From Octopus vulgaris (lineage: Eukaryota), in the NCBI GenBank assembly GCA_951406725.2, contig OX597815.1, positions 24,552,001 to 24,616,000 on the forward strand: a stretch of DNA of 64,000 nt, read 5' to 3'. The position numbers and the translations under genes are program-made. Each line of letters opens with the position of its first letter. The stretch's first letter is position 1. Below, piece after piece: positions 27,301 through 40,289 of the stretch. Below the pieces are notes generated by a model. The model was not told the origin of the DNA and searched no databases. It saw only the letters and a list, made by a program, of their open reading frames with translations.

Positions 27301-28284
27301 GCGCAAAAAGAAAAACAATGGCTTCTATAAAGAACACAAACACAAATATAATACAACGACTTTATGTTAAATAAACAAATAGATACACTGAAAGTTCAAA
27401 ACACAGACCTGAAAGTTAAATTCAGCTGCATGTAATATTATTTGACTTATATGCTAGAAATATTCACTTGGTATTATTAATTGAACTTGGATCATTACTC
27501 AGATTTGAGAAGCCCTCTGAAGAACTATGAAAGATTTTCAGCAGTATTCTCAAATATGTTTTTAGAAAGAAAATACAAAAAATAAATTCAGGATTTAATT
27601 TTTGCAACTTCTGTACGATATTTAGACATACATATGGATGTCACAAACAAAATCGTTTTTAAAACTGCAATATTATATTTCATAAATTTTGATTAATTAA
27701 AACAAAAAGACTTAAAAATAAAACTACAAGACACTGAAAAATTCAAATAAAATGGTTTAATGAATATAATATCCCATAATTTCCCCTTGGTTAAAGCTAC
27801 CACAGACAACATTAAGTGCACATGTCAAATGTTACCACTAGACTCCATCTGGTAAAAATAGTTACAATCTTCTTGCTGATTAAACTATATTGAGAGGAGG
27901 AATGTATCTTCGAAATTCAAAAGATTTTCATTGAAATATTAGCATCTTTACACAACACATTTTTTTCTGTTTTTTAAAAAAGCTGACACATATATTGTAG
28001 CTCTAGATAGGGCTTTCTACAATAAAAAATACTTTTCAAAATATCAATTTCTTTTAAAAGGCAAATTTCATCAGGAAGGGAATATCATTGATCAAGCTAA
28101 ATCCCATATATACATGAGGCCTAATGTTTGAAGGTCGTGCTTCACCACTTCACCCTAGATCTTCCTGGGTCTACCTCTTCCACATGTTCCCTCAACCGCT
28201 ACGGTGTGGCACTTTTTCACACAGCTATCCTCATCCATTCTCACCACATGACCATACCAGTGCAGTTGTCTCTCTTGCACACCA

Positions 28285-28665
28285 CATACATATATAAATA
28301 TATTTGTATACATTTATATACATATATACATACATACCTATATATATATATATACAAGTATATATACACACACACACACACATATATATACATACATATA
28401 TATAAAAATATATATATACATATATACAAAAATATATATATACATATATACAAAAATATATACACATATATATATGTATATATATATATTTCCATATATA
28501 TGTATGTATATACATGTGTATATGTATATATGTATATGCATATATATATATAAATACATATACATACATATATATACATATGCATATACATACACACATA
28601 TATATACATATATACATATACACACACATAAATATACATATATATATATACACATACGTAGACAC

Positions 28666-28711
<46 letters not shown>
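28285..28711. repeat. Low-complexity (TA/CA)n tract
   Basis: direct reading; produces spurious Y/I-rich ORFs. Confidence 0.95.
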
Positions 28712-28714
<3 letters not shown>

Positions 28715-29177
28715 AGATAAGAAAATGGAGAAATACATCTAAATCAAATATCAATTACCAGATAATACTCAATCACATACTTTATTAAACCACCACATAA
28801 GAGACTGCAGGGTTAAATATAAAAAGCAGAACAAATTAGTGTACATAAAGGAATGTACAAAAAAAAGTGTACATAAAAGAGTAATGTTGTATAATAATTA
28901 GAGTATATATAAAAAAGAATATAAATACAAGTAAATATAAATATAAGTATAAATTAGATCTTACAGCTGTTTCGTCCATGTCGATAATTATGTCTCATTT
29001 TACCAATATTAGCCCTTTTGGTAAAATGAGACATAATTATCGACATGGACGAAACAGCTGTAAGATCTAATTTATACTTATATTTATATTTACTTGTATT
29101 TATATTCTTTTTTATATATACTCTATCTGGTAATTGATATTTGATTTAGATGTATTTCTCCATTTTCTTATCTTGTA
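28711..29177. repeat. Nested palindrome: 108-bp inner arms, ~52-bp outer arms
   Basis: 28899-29006/29018-29125 and 28711-28762/29126-29177; arms hold the hammerhead 3' half GAAACAGCTGTA. Confidence 0.9.
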
Positions 29178-29439
29178 TTAGTAATTTATGGTAAATACAG
29201 TAAATGAATTGATTGCATCGCAATCATTAACATTTATGTATTAACTTTGTTGGGTACTTCACTAGCAGTATATTGGATATACGTTATCCCATAGAGGGTT
29301 GCATTTACAACCCCTATTTCAATTTGTATATATATATATATATTCATATACACACACATATATGCATATATATATACATATATATATATACATACATATA
29401 CATACACATACATATATTTAATTATCTAAATTATTTCAA

Positions 29440-30125
29440 AATGTTTCAGCTTCAATGCTGCAGTCATGCTGAGGCACCACCGTTGACTGAGCTACACCAC
29501 TATTTGAAACTTCCTCTGATTTGTGGCAGCTGGTCAATGAGGGAGTTTGATGCTGCTGCCCTAATCTGTGTGTCCTGCCGTGAGGTAGGCTCATCTGGAA
29601 CCCTTGACAAGAAGAGAGCCAGTTTTTTTTAAAAGACACTTACATCCACACCATGCAGGTCTCTCCAGCATTTTGGAAGGATATTAAAGAGCTGTGGGCC
29701 CTTGAAGCCCAAGGTGTTGCAATATCTGTCCTGTATTTTGATGGTGATGTTAAGATCTTTGGCACTATGCAGTGGTGCCCCGTTCTGCAGTCTGAATAAC
29801 TTTCAATGCCAAAGTTTGGTACAAGGCCTTCTAGGATTTTCCAGATGTATATCACTGTATATCTTTCCCACCTTTGTTCCAGGGAAAAGAGTTTTAATTC
29901 TCTAAGTCCTTCCCAGTGGCTGATATGTTGCATCGAGACGATTTTCTCAGAGTAGCTTTGTTGGATTGCTTTGAGTTTCACCATGGATTTTACAGTGTGT
30001 GATGACCATAGTTGGGAGCAGTAGTCCAAGCAGCTGAGAATGTATGTCCTCCAAAGGATCATCAATGTCTCCTTTTCTCTTGTTTTGAAAGTTCAGAGAA
30101 TCCATCCAGCTAGCTGTAGGCATTT
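29440..30125 (-). mobile_element. CR1/L2-group LINE 3' fragment, same family as 8430
   Basis: ORF 29640..30065 LDYCSQLWS..SLEQRWERYTVIYIWKILEGLVPN. Confidence 0.8.
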
Positions 30126-30285
30126 TATTACCACACACACACACACACACACACAGATACACACACATAAATACACATATACATATATGTATATACTCAA
30201 GTCGGCTTCAGACTATATACTGAGTCTGCTGTGATGATTTTAAAATACAACACTTAAAAGATCTAACAGTATATCTTTTTTCCAC

Positions 30286-30368
30286 CTCTCTGAAGAGATT
30301 TTGACTAATATAATGATTAAAATAATTGCTGTTTAATCTATTAGGCTTAATTGAAACAGCTGTAAGGG
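30286..30368 (+). ncRNA. Type I hammerhead ribozyme motif
   Basis: ctct-CTGAAGA-gatt..ctaat/attag..aatt-GAAA-cagctg-TA-aggg; palindromic stem III. Confidence 0.75.
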
Positions 30369-30457
30369 ACTATGTTTGATTTTTTGCAGATAATAATTTT
30401 GTATTAAATGTTATATAACCATTTTCTTACTTTCTTTTGAATGACTACAAACCATGA

Positions 30458-30492
<35 letters not shown>

Positions 30493-31138
30493 GCATCAGG
30501 GGCTCGGTGTGTGGTGGCGGCGGCGTGCTTGCGCATCATCCATTGCTGCCGCCAACCTTAGGCAAATTTCTAAGAAAATTAAAATTTATCTTATATAGTG
30601 AGGTTTTCAAACTTCTTTTTTATAAATATATATATAGCTAAGAATATAAAGTGAGAATTCACAAGACTGCAAGCTGAATAATAAACAATGCAACAGATTC
30701 ATTTTTTTGAATGAAATGGTGTTGACCATAAAAAAATGCCAAAACATAAAAGGAAAAAAAAAAATGTAAAAAAACCCCACAAACTCTTTTTCAGTAAATT
30801 TTCTGAAACAATTTGAGACTGAATGATAAAAAGTATGACTTTAGTAACAGTGATATTCTGTCTGGGAACAGGATGAGATGTAGAAATTAATCTTAAGTGA
30901 AAGTTAGCAATTTTTGTTTCTATTCAGCTAAATTATAGAACTGGCAGATGGAGTCAGGTGTGTAATTGACTATTTGATAAATAAGCATGGGATAATTAAG
31001 AAAGATGCAGCAATAGATTTACATAGAAGATTGTAAGGGGAAATGAAAAAAAAACAAAACAAACATTAACAATAAAATAATATTTGGGAGGATTATAACA
31101 TGCATCCAAAAGTAGGCTAACACACAACAATAGCTTAC

Positions 31139-31186
31139 CCGTCTGTGGTCATCAAGCTCTGTCTTATTAAGTGCCTTCAGGTCCAC
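31139..31186 (-). CDS. ITPR: Candidate cassette exon at the SII site (VDLKALNKTELDDHRR)
   Basis: 48 nt, phase 0/0, ctttcctttgctgcccatcgtaag acceptor, CGG|GTAAGC donor; resembles vertebrate SIIC (..LEDHKR). Confidence 0.75.
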
Positions 31187-32178
31187 CTTACGATGGGCAG
31201 CAAAGGAAAGGTGTATAACAGTTTATTAGTTTGAAGGATAGGATAGGTAATGACTAGGTTGGGAAGATAAGGGATAAAGGGACACTAATACAACAGTTCA
31301 ATTGAGTGTTTTTGAAATTGACAAAAAAAAAACCCTTTCTACATGCATGGCATTGGAATAATGAAACAGCTTATGAAAACAACATTTTTTACAGAAGCAG
31401 TTTAGTGGTTGCACTGGAAAAGTGACATTGATTCCTTAAATCAAGGAAACATATATTTAATGAAACAATTATATCTAATATAACCTCACATCTTACACAC
31501 TCACACACACATAAGACATTCATAAGATAAGATTTTATCAATTTACAAAAGATGATTACAGTGGTTTGTTAAGGAGTTTCAAGGATCTCCAAGCACTGCA
31601 GACCTTTTCCAGTCTCACAGGTGAATGTTTAGAGAAGTGTAGAAGTGATGTGTCATTAAATTATTGCTGAAAAACATCTATAGACATACACAAACACATA
31701 TACACATACATTAGATATATGTTCATTTTACAAAAGCAAGATAATAGCTGAAAGTTTGAGATATTGAGGAACACATTGCATAATCATAAATTTAAATCTT
31801 ACAACAATCATTATACATTTGAGTAAGGAACATAGCTTTCCTTGTTTCATTTTGCTTGACAAAAACTAAGTGCTAACCATATTTGGTTAACATTAGAGAA
31901 AACATCTAAATATACAGTCAAATGATCTGACAGCAAAAAGCTGTGTATGCATGCACACACACACACAAACATACACACACACAACAAATACACAGCATGA
32001 AAATACTCCAGGGTTCATTTCACATTAAATCTATACTTAAAACAAACAAATATATTTTGATATATAGAACATAATCATTTTCATGCTTATGTTAGTGTAT
32101 TAATAGTTTCATAATGTTTACTCAGATCAATATGCAAACCATCTCAGCTCATGAAGTAAGAAATATTCTGTATAGTTA

Positions 32179-32213
<35 letters not shown>

Positions 32214-33814
32214 GAAGGTGATTATGTATGCATGAATATGTGTGCTTGTTTTTTGTCATCAAAAAGTAATTACTAAAACAACGTAAACAAAAAAAAAAGG
32301 TAAGAGAATAGCAAGTACAAACACCTCAAATAAGCATTGGAACTTTATACTCCTTGGATTCTACCATCATGAATCTTACTGTACATTGTTACTGATTTAT
32401 ACACACACACATCAACATAGAAAACAGACATTAAACAATGATATATACGCATAATTAACATATGTCTATCTGGATAGTCTTGTCCTGAAAGCAACCATCC
32501 CAGAAATCTATTGGTCTCTTTCTTCAAGAAACAGCTGACATCCCTTTACATACACTAAAAGTAATGGACAGATGGCGCTTTTGGACAAAGACGTTATGCA
32601 AACTGCTTCAAAGACCAGTCTTCCCCACAGACTAATTCATCCTTTGTTTAAGCATTAACACATACACACAGACAATGATTCAAAATAACAAATAAGAGGT
32701 TAAACAGCTTAACTGGCACTCCCAAAACACATTTTTTGTCCAAGCTTAATTTGAATTCCTGACAATTGCCAAGAATCAGTCTACATCTTATATACAACAG
32801 CCTGCAATTTTTGAAGAATTCTGTGAAGAATGAAAGTGTTAAGAGTATGATGAGTAATAAAGAATATTTCTCCAGCTTCTGGATACTTTCTTGTTTAATT
32901 AATATATATATAAATATAAAATCTGTACACACATACACATGGGATTTGTTTCTTGCCATTTATAATTTCTAGCCAGAAACAGTTAACAAAAACTAAGGCA
33001 GCATATTAAAATAAAAGAAGGAGATATAAGGAGCATCCTCATAGACAAATTTGGTAGAATGTCTAGCTAATTCATACATAATAAAGATCCTTTCTGAGTC
33101 GTACAAACTCATATGGCTGGTTTCCCAGTTTCCATGGTGTACATATTTTACCCTGGATGAGATGCCAGTCCATCACAGGATAACTCATTTTTGCCAGCTG
33201 AGTAGATAGGGGCAGCATGAAATGAAGTGTTTTGCTCAAGAACACAACATGTCGCCCGGTCCAGGAACTGAACCCACAATCTTATGATCATGAGTCCAAC
33301 ACCCTAACCACTAAGCCAATGCAACCACACTAAGATTAGTGAGGTAATAACACAAGATTATGAAATGACAAAAACTTCTTAATGTGCATATGACTATGTG
33401 AGTCAATATCACCCAATGAAGGTGAGGCACTGCAAACAACTTTCAGGCCACAAATAATGACATACCTGTTGTATAGTCTTAGGAAAAACCAGATGCAATC
33501 TTTTAAGTAGTGGATTTTTATTCCACATCTTCAAAAGCCTAGAACTACATGACATAGAATGGAAAGGGAAGAATGTAAAGATAATAAACCATCAGTGATT
33601 TGCTCAAACGGTTCTGTGAGAAGAAGCCAAATGTAAACAAGTGTCACCTTGTATCCATTACAATTCTATCCTGTCATAGACATCTTTCCAAACCTATTTG
33701 CTTGATCAACTCATAACTAAACCTTTTATTCACATTTTACATATAATAACTCTTTATACAGCTACTTTGTCTTCCAGTTGAAACAAATCTTTATCCACAG
33801 CTCATTTATTGTCA

Positions 33815-34208
33815 TCTCTATATATATAAAGCTGAAGTTGTCTGTGTATGGCAGGTTTGGTAGCCTTCAACTAACACTATCTCCTCCGAGACCCTGCCGC
33901 ACAAGTTGACCAAAATTGAGAGTATGATAGGTTTGCTCTTCCTTCCGTAGAAGAAAAAAATTCAAATCGGACCGTGTTAACAGCAAAAATTATTTACATC
34001 AAAAAGGTGCTTTTTTTCTATGAAAACCCCCTTTTTTTTACGATTTTTTGACTGCTGTGTTGCCATTTTTCGGTGTATTTCAACCCGAAAAATGTTCACT
34101 TAAAGAGAATAACAAGCTACATAATGCAAAATTTTTACTTTTCAAAAATTCCAATTCTAAAGGGTCAAAAAGAAAACAAGCCCGAGCAACGCTGGGCTAT
34201 ACTGCTAG
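33815..34208 (+). mobile_element. Non-autonomous Helitron
   Basis: 5' TC, 3' GC-rich hairpin plus CTAG, inserted between A and T. Confidence 0.82.
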
Positions 34209-34484
34209 TGTATAATTAAACTTAACAAATGAGTGATAGAAGTTTCTATATAGTCACTCTTCTTGATCAATATAGCTAAAAGAAAAATAAAAAAGCGACC
34301 ACCAAATTTTTCCCAAGAACATTTTATTATCATCAAAATGCAGACCATAGACTTAATGCTCTGAATTTAAGGAAAATATGCCTCAATGATGACAGGTCAG
34401 CTCTTTCTAAATACAGTAATCAGATGATTGGATAGACATATAGAACCTCTGCATCAACTCCTACACAACTGACTGGAATTATCT

Positions 34485-34900
34485 TATTTCTTTATTGCTC
34501 ACAAGGGGCTAAACATAGAGGGAACAAACAAGGACAGACAAAGGGATTAAGCTGATTACATCGACCCCAGTGCATAACTGGCACTTAATTTATCGACTCC
34601 GAAAGGATGAAAGGCAAAGTTGACCTCAGCAGAATTTGAACTCAGAATGTAATGGCAGACGAAATACCTATTTCTTTACTACCCACAAGGGGCTAAACAC
34701 AGAGAGGACAAACAAGGACAGACAAACGGATTAAGTCGATTACATCAACCCCAGTGTGTAACTGGTACATATTTAATTGACCCCGAAATGATGAAAGGCA
34801 AAGTTGACCTTGGCAGAATTCGAACTCAGAACGTAACGGCAGATGAAATACTGCTAAGCATTTTGTCCGGTGTGCTAACTATTCTGTCAGCTCACCACCT
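34485..34900 (-). mobile_element. SINE family B, tandem dimer
   Basis: gtcgattacatcgaccccag..gaaaggatgaaaggcaaag core; other copies ~12460-12665, 15957-16160, 55770-55910, 56890-57075, 57585-57800(+). Confidence 0.8.
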
Positions 34901-36270
34901 TCTGACTGGAATTATCTACAAATCATAACACCCAAGCACAAGTCACACATAGTAACTTGTTTTCATTTTATAATTCATGCATATGTAATTTACTAATATG
35001 TTCACCAAATTATTTTAGGTCATTCTGATGTAATTACAAATTGCTAGCATGGAAAGCGGATGCTAAATGATGATGATGATTATAATTTTTAAAATTATTA
35101 ACTTCATTTTTAGAGTGAATATGTACAATATTTAATCTACACAAAATTTTGATCTGTAATTATCATAAGTTGTGTTAGATTGAACATGATTCCAGATTGA
35201 ACTCAAATCAGGAACCTTTGTTTATAAATAACAAAGTAGAAGTCTGATCCAAATACTCATGTCTGTCTGTTCCTTCTCGAGCCATGCCTGGCTCATAAGG
35301 GCCGGTTTCCAGGTTTCCATGGTGTATAGATTCCCTACCTAGACAGGACACTGGTCCGTCACAGGTGAGCTGCAAGATGTAGGAGGAAAGAGTGAAAGAA
35401 AGTTGTGGCGAAGGAGTCAGCAGAGGTTCACCATTACCTTCTGCCGGAGTAGCGTGGAGCTTAGGTGTTTCACTCATAAACATACACAACGCCCGGTCTG
35501 AGATTCGAACCCGCGATCCCTCGAGTGCAAGTCCACTACTCTAACCACTAGGCCATGTGCCTCCTCAAATCCTCATGTGCTAATGGCATAGTGGATACAA
35601 ACATTACAACTATTAGTTTACAACTAAAGATTACTAGTTAAAATCCAGTAAATACTCAGGAATACGATACTCGACGATTAATAATTGAATGAATTGAAAT
35701 TGTATGTGCATGCATGCGTGTGTGTGTCTGCACATGCATATGTGTATTGTAATATATAAACTCTCAAAATGAAGTTGACAGTCTGGAAATTACTGTCTTT
35801 GTGTATGTTAAACCATTCTAATAAATGCTAAATCTCATGGTACTTACAAAATAATTTGAATCATCGAGCCATTTCAATAAGTATTAATCTAAGTGAATAC
35901 ACATGAAGTCAACTTGATCTATGTTAAGTCATCTTGATATATATTAAACCATGCCATTATATATTAATCTAAATTTGTCATGCCATTCCTATATTGCAGA
36001 CAAGATGGGTGTAAACCAAGCAAGCTTAATTTATGTAAAGAGATTTTGAAATACATTATCTTAAACAATATTGGTAAATTAATTTAAAAGTAATAATGAG
36101 CAGTGGTGTCAGAGATAAGATAGTCATCCTAGGGTACTAGAGATGAGGAAATTCTATTGATTCACTATAACACAACTCACAGGTATTAGGTATATATATA
36201 TATATAAACACCAGCAAGCAAAGTAGCTAGTTCTAAAATCTCTATACAAGATGCAAATAGTAACTCTACT

Positions 36271-36542
36271 GAAAAGTAATAGTTGTTACCACCTCAACAT
36301 GGTTGTTCCTTACAGAATGCTGTTACTACTCTTTTTAACCAAAGGAGGACATCTCCTCCAGCTGGTGTATTGGTTCCTGTCAGCGCTAGATGGGAGTTGT
36401 TCACTCGCTTGTTTGCAATATAACGGACACAGATAGTGTGTTGTTAACCAGCTGGAAGAGATGTTCTCCTGGAGTTAAAAAGAGTAGTAACAGTGTTCTG
36501 TATGGAACAAACACAGTGAGGTGGTAACAACTGTTACTTTTC
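36271..36542. repeat. Imperfect inverted repeat related to 9243-9508
   Basis: ~95-bp arms with shared ggag.acatct..tccagctgg core. Confidence 0.8.
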
Positions 36543-36564
36543 AAAAATAACACCACCAATATTG

Positions 36565-36855
36565 TGGAGGCACATGACCTAGTGGTTAGAGCAGTGGACT
36601 CGCGGTCGAGGGATCGTGTGTTCGAATCTCAGACCAGGCGATGTGTGTTTTTATGAGCGAAACACCTAAGCTCCACGCGGCTCCAGCACAAGGTAATGGC
36701 GAACTTCTGCTGACTCTTTCGCCACAACTTTCTCTCACTTTTTCCTCCTGCATCTTGCAGCTCACCTGCGACAGACTGGCGTCCTGTCCAAGTGGGGAAC
36801 CTATACGCCAAGGAAACCGGCCCTTATGAGCCAGGCAGGGCTCGAGAAGGAACAA
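36565..36855 (+). mobile_element. tRNA-derived SINE, family C
   Basis: tgacctagtgg..gttcgaatc head; inverted copy ~35265-35545; relatives ~33090-33330, 57330-57555, 63350-63560. Confidence 0.8.
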
Positions 36856-37099
36856 ACCAACTACAAACTGAATCTGTTATAAAGATGTAACTTAATATCT
36901 TTGAAATTAAGATAAAATTAAATGAAATAATTTGGATGAAATTAATTAGATGACGTGTGTGTATGTTAACATATATATTTTAATTCAAAATTCATACAAT
37001 CATTCTTTCCACTTGTACAATTCATACAATCATTCTTTCCACTTGTACTATCAAACATGCATGCAAGTACTCATACAATGAAATATTTATCCAAAATTC

Positions 37100-37760
37100 A
37101 CAGCCTGAAAGAAGTTGTAGGTTCATATCAGTGTCTGCATAAAGTGGTGGTACCTGCCTCTTCTCCAAGTACAGATGACTTGTCTTCTCCGAGGGAGGTG
37201 TTTCTACCCTTTCTCAGATTGTATTTCCAATCCTGCTGGGGTTTCCACACCATCCTGACCTATCAGTGAGCTTTATGCTTTACATATGTTATCATATATT
37301 ACATCTCACTTGGTAATATGTGATATCCACTTCAACCCACACTCGATCCTTACATTTATCAACGTATGCATACTTCTAAAATTCAACATTCTACGATGTA
37401 TTTTTTGCTTTCTCTTACCTATTACCTCCCTTGTTAATTTTAAAGCTATGAGAGTTACCTCCTCTTCAAAAATAAAAATGAAACCTTTTCTGTAGAATTC
37501 ATGGTCTGTAGAATTCATGGTCCGCTCTGCACAAGAATAATGCCAGCCTAAGTCTTAACCAGATGTATGTTTCCGTTCACCACCTTAGGTTTAATTATTA
37601 ATCAATTAACCAGGCAAATGTTTGATAAAATAGTTGCCTAGGGAAACTGGATTAACAGCTAAGAAATTCAGCAACAATTTTAGTTGAATTTATATGAGAG
37701 TTTATATGAGGTGAGTTCCTCCATTTCAGACTCTCTCAGAAACTCATCAGGGGTGAATAC
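37100..37760 (-). mobile_element. Highly decayed Penelope-like GIY-YIG remnant
   Basis: minus strand reads VIYDNICKA*SSLIGQ; degenerate CTGATGA..GAAA near 37725-37752. Confidence 0.4.
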
Positions 37761-38074
37761 TGAAGTATAAACGAAAACAGATCAGCACTCGCTTGCAAAG
37801 TAGTTACTCAAAAAATATATCAACTCTGTATCAAAATGTATTGTGTAGGTAACTGGGAAGTGGTCTCCCTTGGTTTTGTAACTAAGACTATCCAAGATAG
37901 ACGTGTCTGTGTGGGTGTGTGCATGCATGCGTTTATGTATGTGTGTGTTCTTCTTTTTCAGCTATATGATCCACTGATAATATTGTCCCACCCATGCCAA
38001 TATGGAAGGCGGACGTTAAGCGATGATATGAAGTCATTGTTCATACACTAGATACTTGGTTTAAAGTGAAACTT

Positions 38075-38096
38075 TAACTAGAGAGTTAATCACCAG

Positions 38097-38138
<42 letters not shown>

Positions 38139-38160
38139 CTGGTGATTAACTCTCTAGTTA
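38075..38160. repeat. Palindrome centred on (TA)n
   Basis: taactagagagttaatcaccagc-(TA)n-gctggtgattaactctctagtta. Confidence 0.9.
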
Positions 38161-38309
38161 CAGTGGTTTTCGATCAAAAGGGATCGTAAAAGGGAAAGAA
38201 GGAGAAAAAAAAAAGAAACAAACAAAAGAAAAAAAACGATCAATAGGGATCGTGTATCACAGTGTCATGATGTAAGGTGTAAAGGGGGAAGCAGATAAGG
38301 TTTATCCGT

Positions 38310-38680
38310 GTGGCTGTGAGGTAAGTAGCTTGCTTACCAACCACATGGTTCTGGGTTCAGTCCCACTGCGTGACACCTTGGGCAAGTGTCTTCTACTGTA
38401 GCCTCAGGCCGACGAAAGCCTTGTGAGTGGATTTAGTAGACAGAAACTGAAAGAAGCCCGCCGTATCTGTGTTTGTGTGTCTGTGTTTTTTTTCCTCCCA
38501 ACATCGCTTGACAAACGATGCTGTGGTGTTTACGTCCCTGTAACTTAGCAGTTCGGCAAAAGAGACCAATAGAATAAGTACTAGGCTTACAAAGAATAAG
38601 TCCTGGGGGTCGATTTGCTCGACTAAAGGTGGTGCTCCAGCATGGCTGCAGTCAAATGACTGAAACAAGTAAAAGAGTAA
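38310..38680 (+). mobile_element. SINE family A
   Basis: near full length; inverted relative to the 39925 copy. Confidence 0.85.
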
Positions 38681-39305
38681 TAAATTGAGCGATGTATTGC
38701 AGTCTAGGTTGTCTGCATGTGCAGCAGCACCTTTCCATATATATGTAAGCAATACTTTGCTGAGAGCCTCTACTGAGCTTTGTGAAGTATCAATAACTGT
38801 TGTTGGAGTCTGAAGTATCTTCTGGTCTTGGAGGAAAAATGCCACTAGTTGGGATGTTGTCTCAGCTATGACAAAATGAATTTCACTTTCTATCAATCGA
38901 ACTGTTATTTACATCTGACCAAATAGTGTCTCTTTGCTCACATCTAAAGCTCAGTGATACAGACATTCAGGCTGGTTATTATTAAATGTGCATTACGCTA
39001 TATTTGAACTAAGAAACCTTGACAACTCTAATATGATAAAGGGGGAAAGAAAGAAAAAGGCAGGGTTGGGAGGGGAGGGGTTGCCATAAAAAAATAATAG
39101 TAGTAGTAGCTGAAGTCTTGAGAGTAATCATAAGTGTAATGTAAAATAATGGTGAGTTGAGAAAGCTTGTATGAATGATGATGATGATGATGATAATTGT
39201 CACCAAGGTGATTTATGAAAGTTACAAAAAGTGTATGGGTTTATATAGAGAATAGGTGCCAGACCCTCCCTCCCCAAACAAACTAAAATGAGTTAAAAAG
39301 TATAC

Positions 39306-39474
<169 letters not shown>

Positions 39475-39924
39475 GAGTTTCAAGAGAGGAGGACCACCAC
39501 TTTCAGCTGCTCAATGAAGTCACAGATCCCAAATCACCCTGACTGCCAACACACATCTGTAGGCATTCTCTTATCTACAGCTGCATGCTGTATATTCACC
39601 TGTGTTGAGTCTGATACCATCAACAACAAGCTTTTATAAAATTTACTAGAAGAGGGCTCCCCTCACCTCCCACAGTTTCTCTCTATCTTCACGTTCTTTT
39701 CCATGTAAAATCTAAAAAAAAAAAAAAAAATAAATAAATGATGGTTTGACAGAAGAAGAAAGTGTAAGTTTTCAGTCCTTTCTGTCATGTCTATTACACA
39801 ATCTCATTCCCTGTAGCCATAAGAAGGGCAACATTGTCTTTCCTCCTTGATTAAAGGAAAGTAGAGAACCAATTTTCATGATAAACTCAGTTGACAACAG
39901 GATCCTTTGTACATATAACATCAG

Positions 39925-40289
39925 TTTTACTCTTTTACTTGTTTCAGTCATTTGACTGTGGCCATGCTGGAGCACCGCCTTTAGTCGAGCAAATCGACCT
40001 GGGACTTATTCTTTGTAAGCCCAGTACTTATTCTAACGGTCTATTTTTGCCGAACTGCTAAGTTCATAAACACACCAGCATCGGGGACAAACACAGGCAC
40101 ACAAACACACACATATATATACATATATACGACAGGCTTCTTTCAGTTTCCGTCTACCAAATCCACTCACAAGGCATTGGCCGGCCCGGGGCTATAGCAG
40201 AAGACACTTGCCCAGGATGCCACGCAGTGGGACTCAACCCGGAATCATGTGGTTGGTTAGCAAGCTACTTACCACACAGTCACTCCTGC
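39925..40289 (-). mobile_element. SINE family A
   Basis: near full length; degraded copies also at ~580-755, 8180-8350, 45490-45630, 60305-60490. Confidence 0.85.

Noticed and set aside
28128-28788. Overlapping 100-165 aa Y/I/V/C-rich ORFs
   Set aside because: Translations of (TA/CA)n microsatellite
32351-32374. Possible 24-nt microexon (IHDGRIQG)
   Set aside because: Weak donor (GTATAA) and no adjacent pyrimidine tract
36565-36640. tRNA-like sequence
   Set aside because: SINE head that continues into a SINE body; no complete cloverleaf evident
37154-37259. Open 106-nt AG..GT segment as a possible SII exon
   Set aside because: Frame-shifting, poor pyrimidine tract, and within a decayed GIY-YIG remnant
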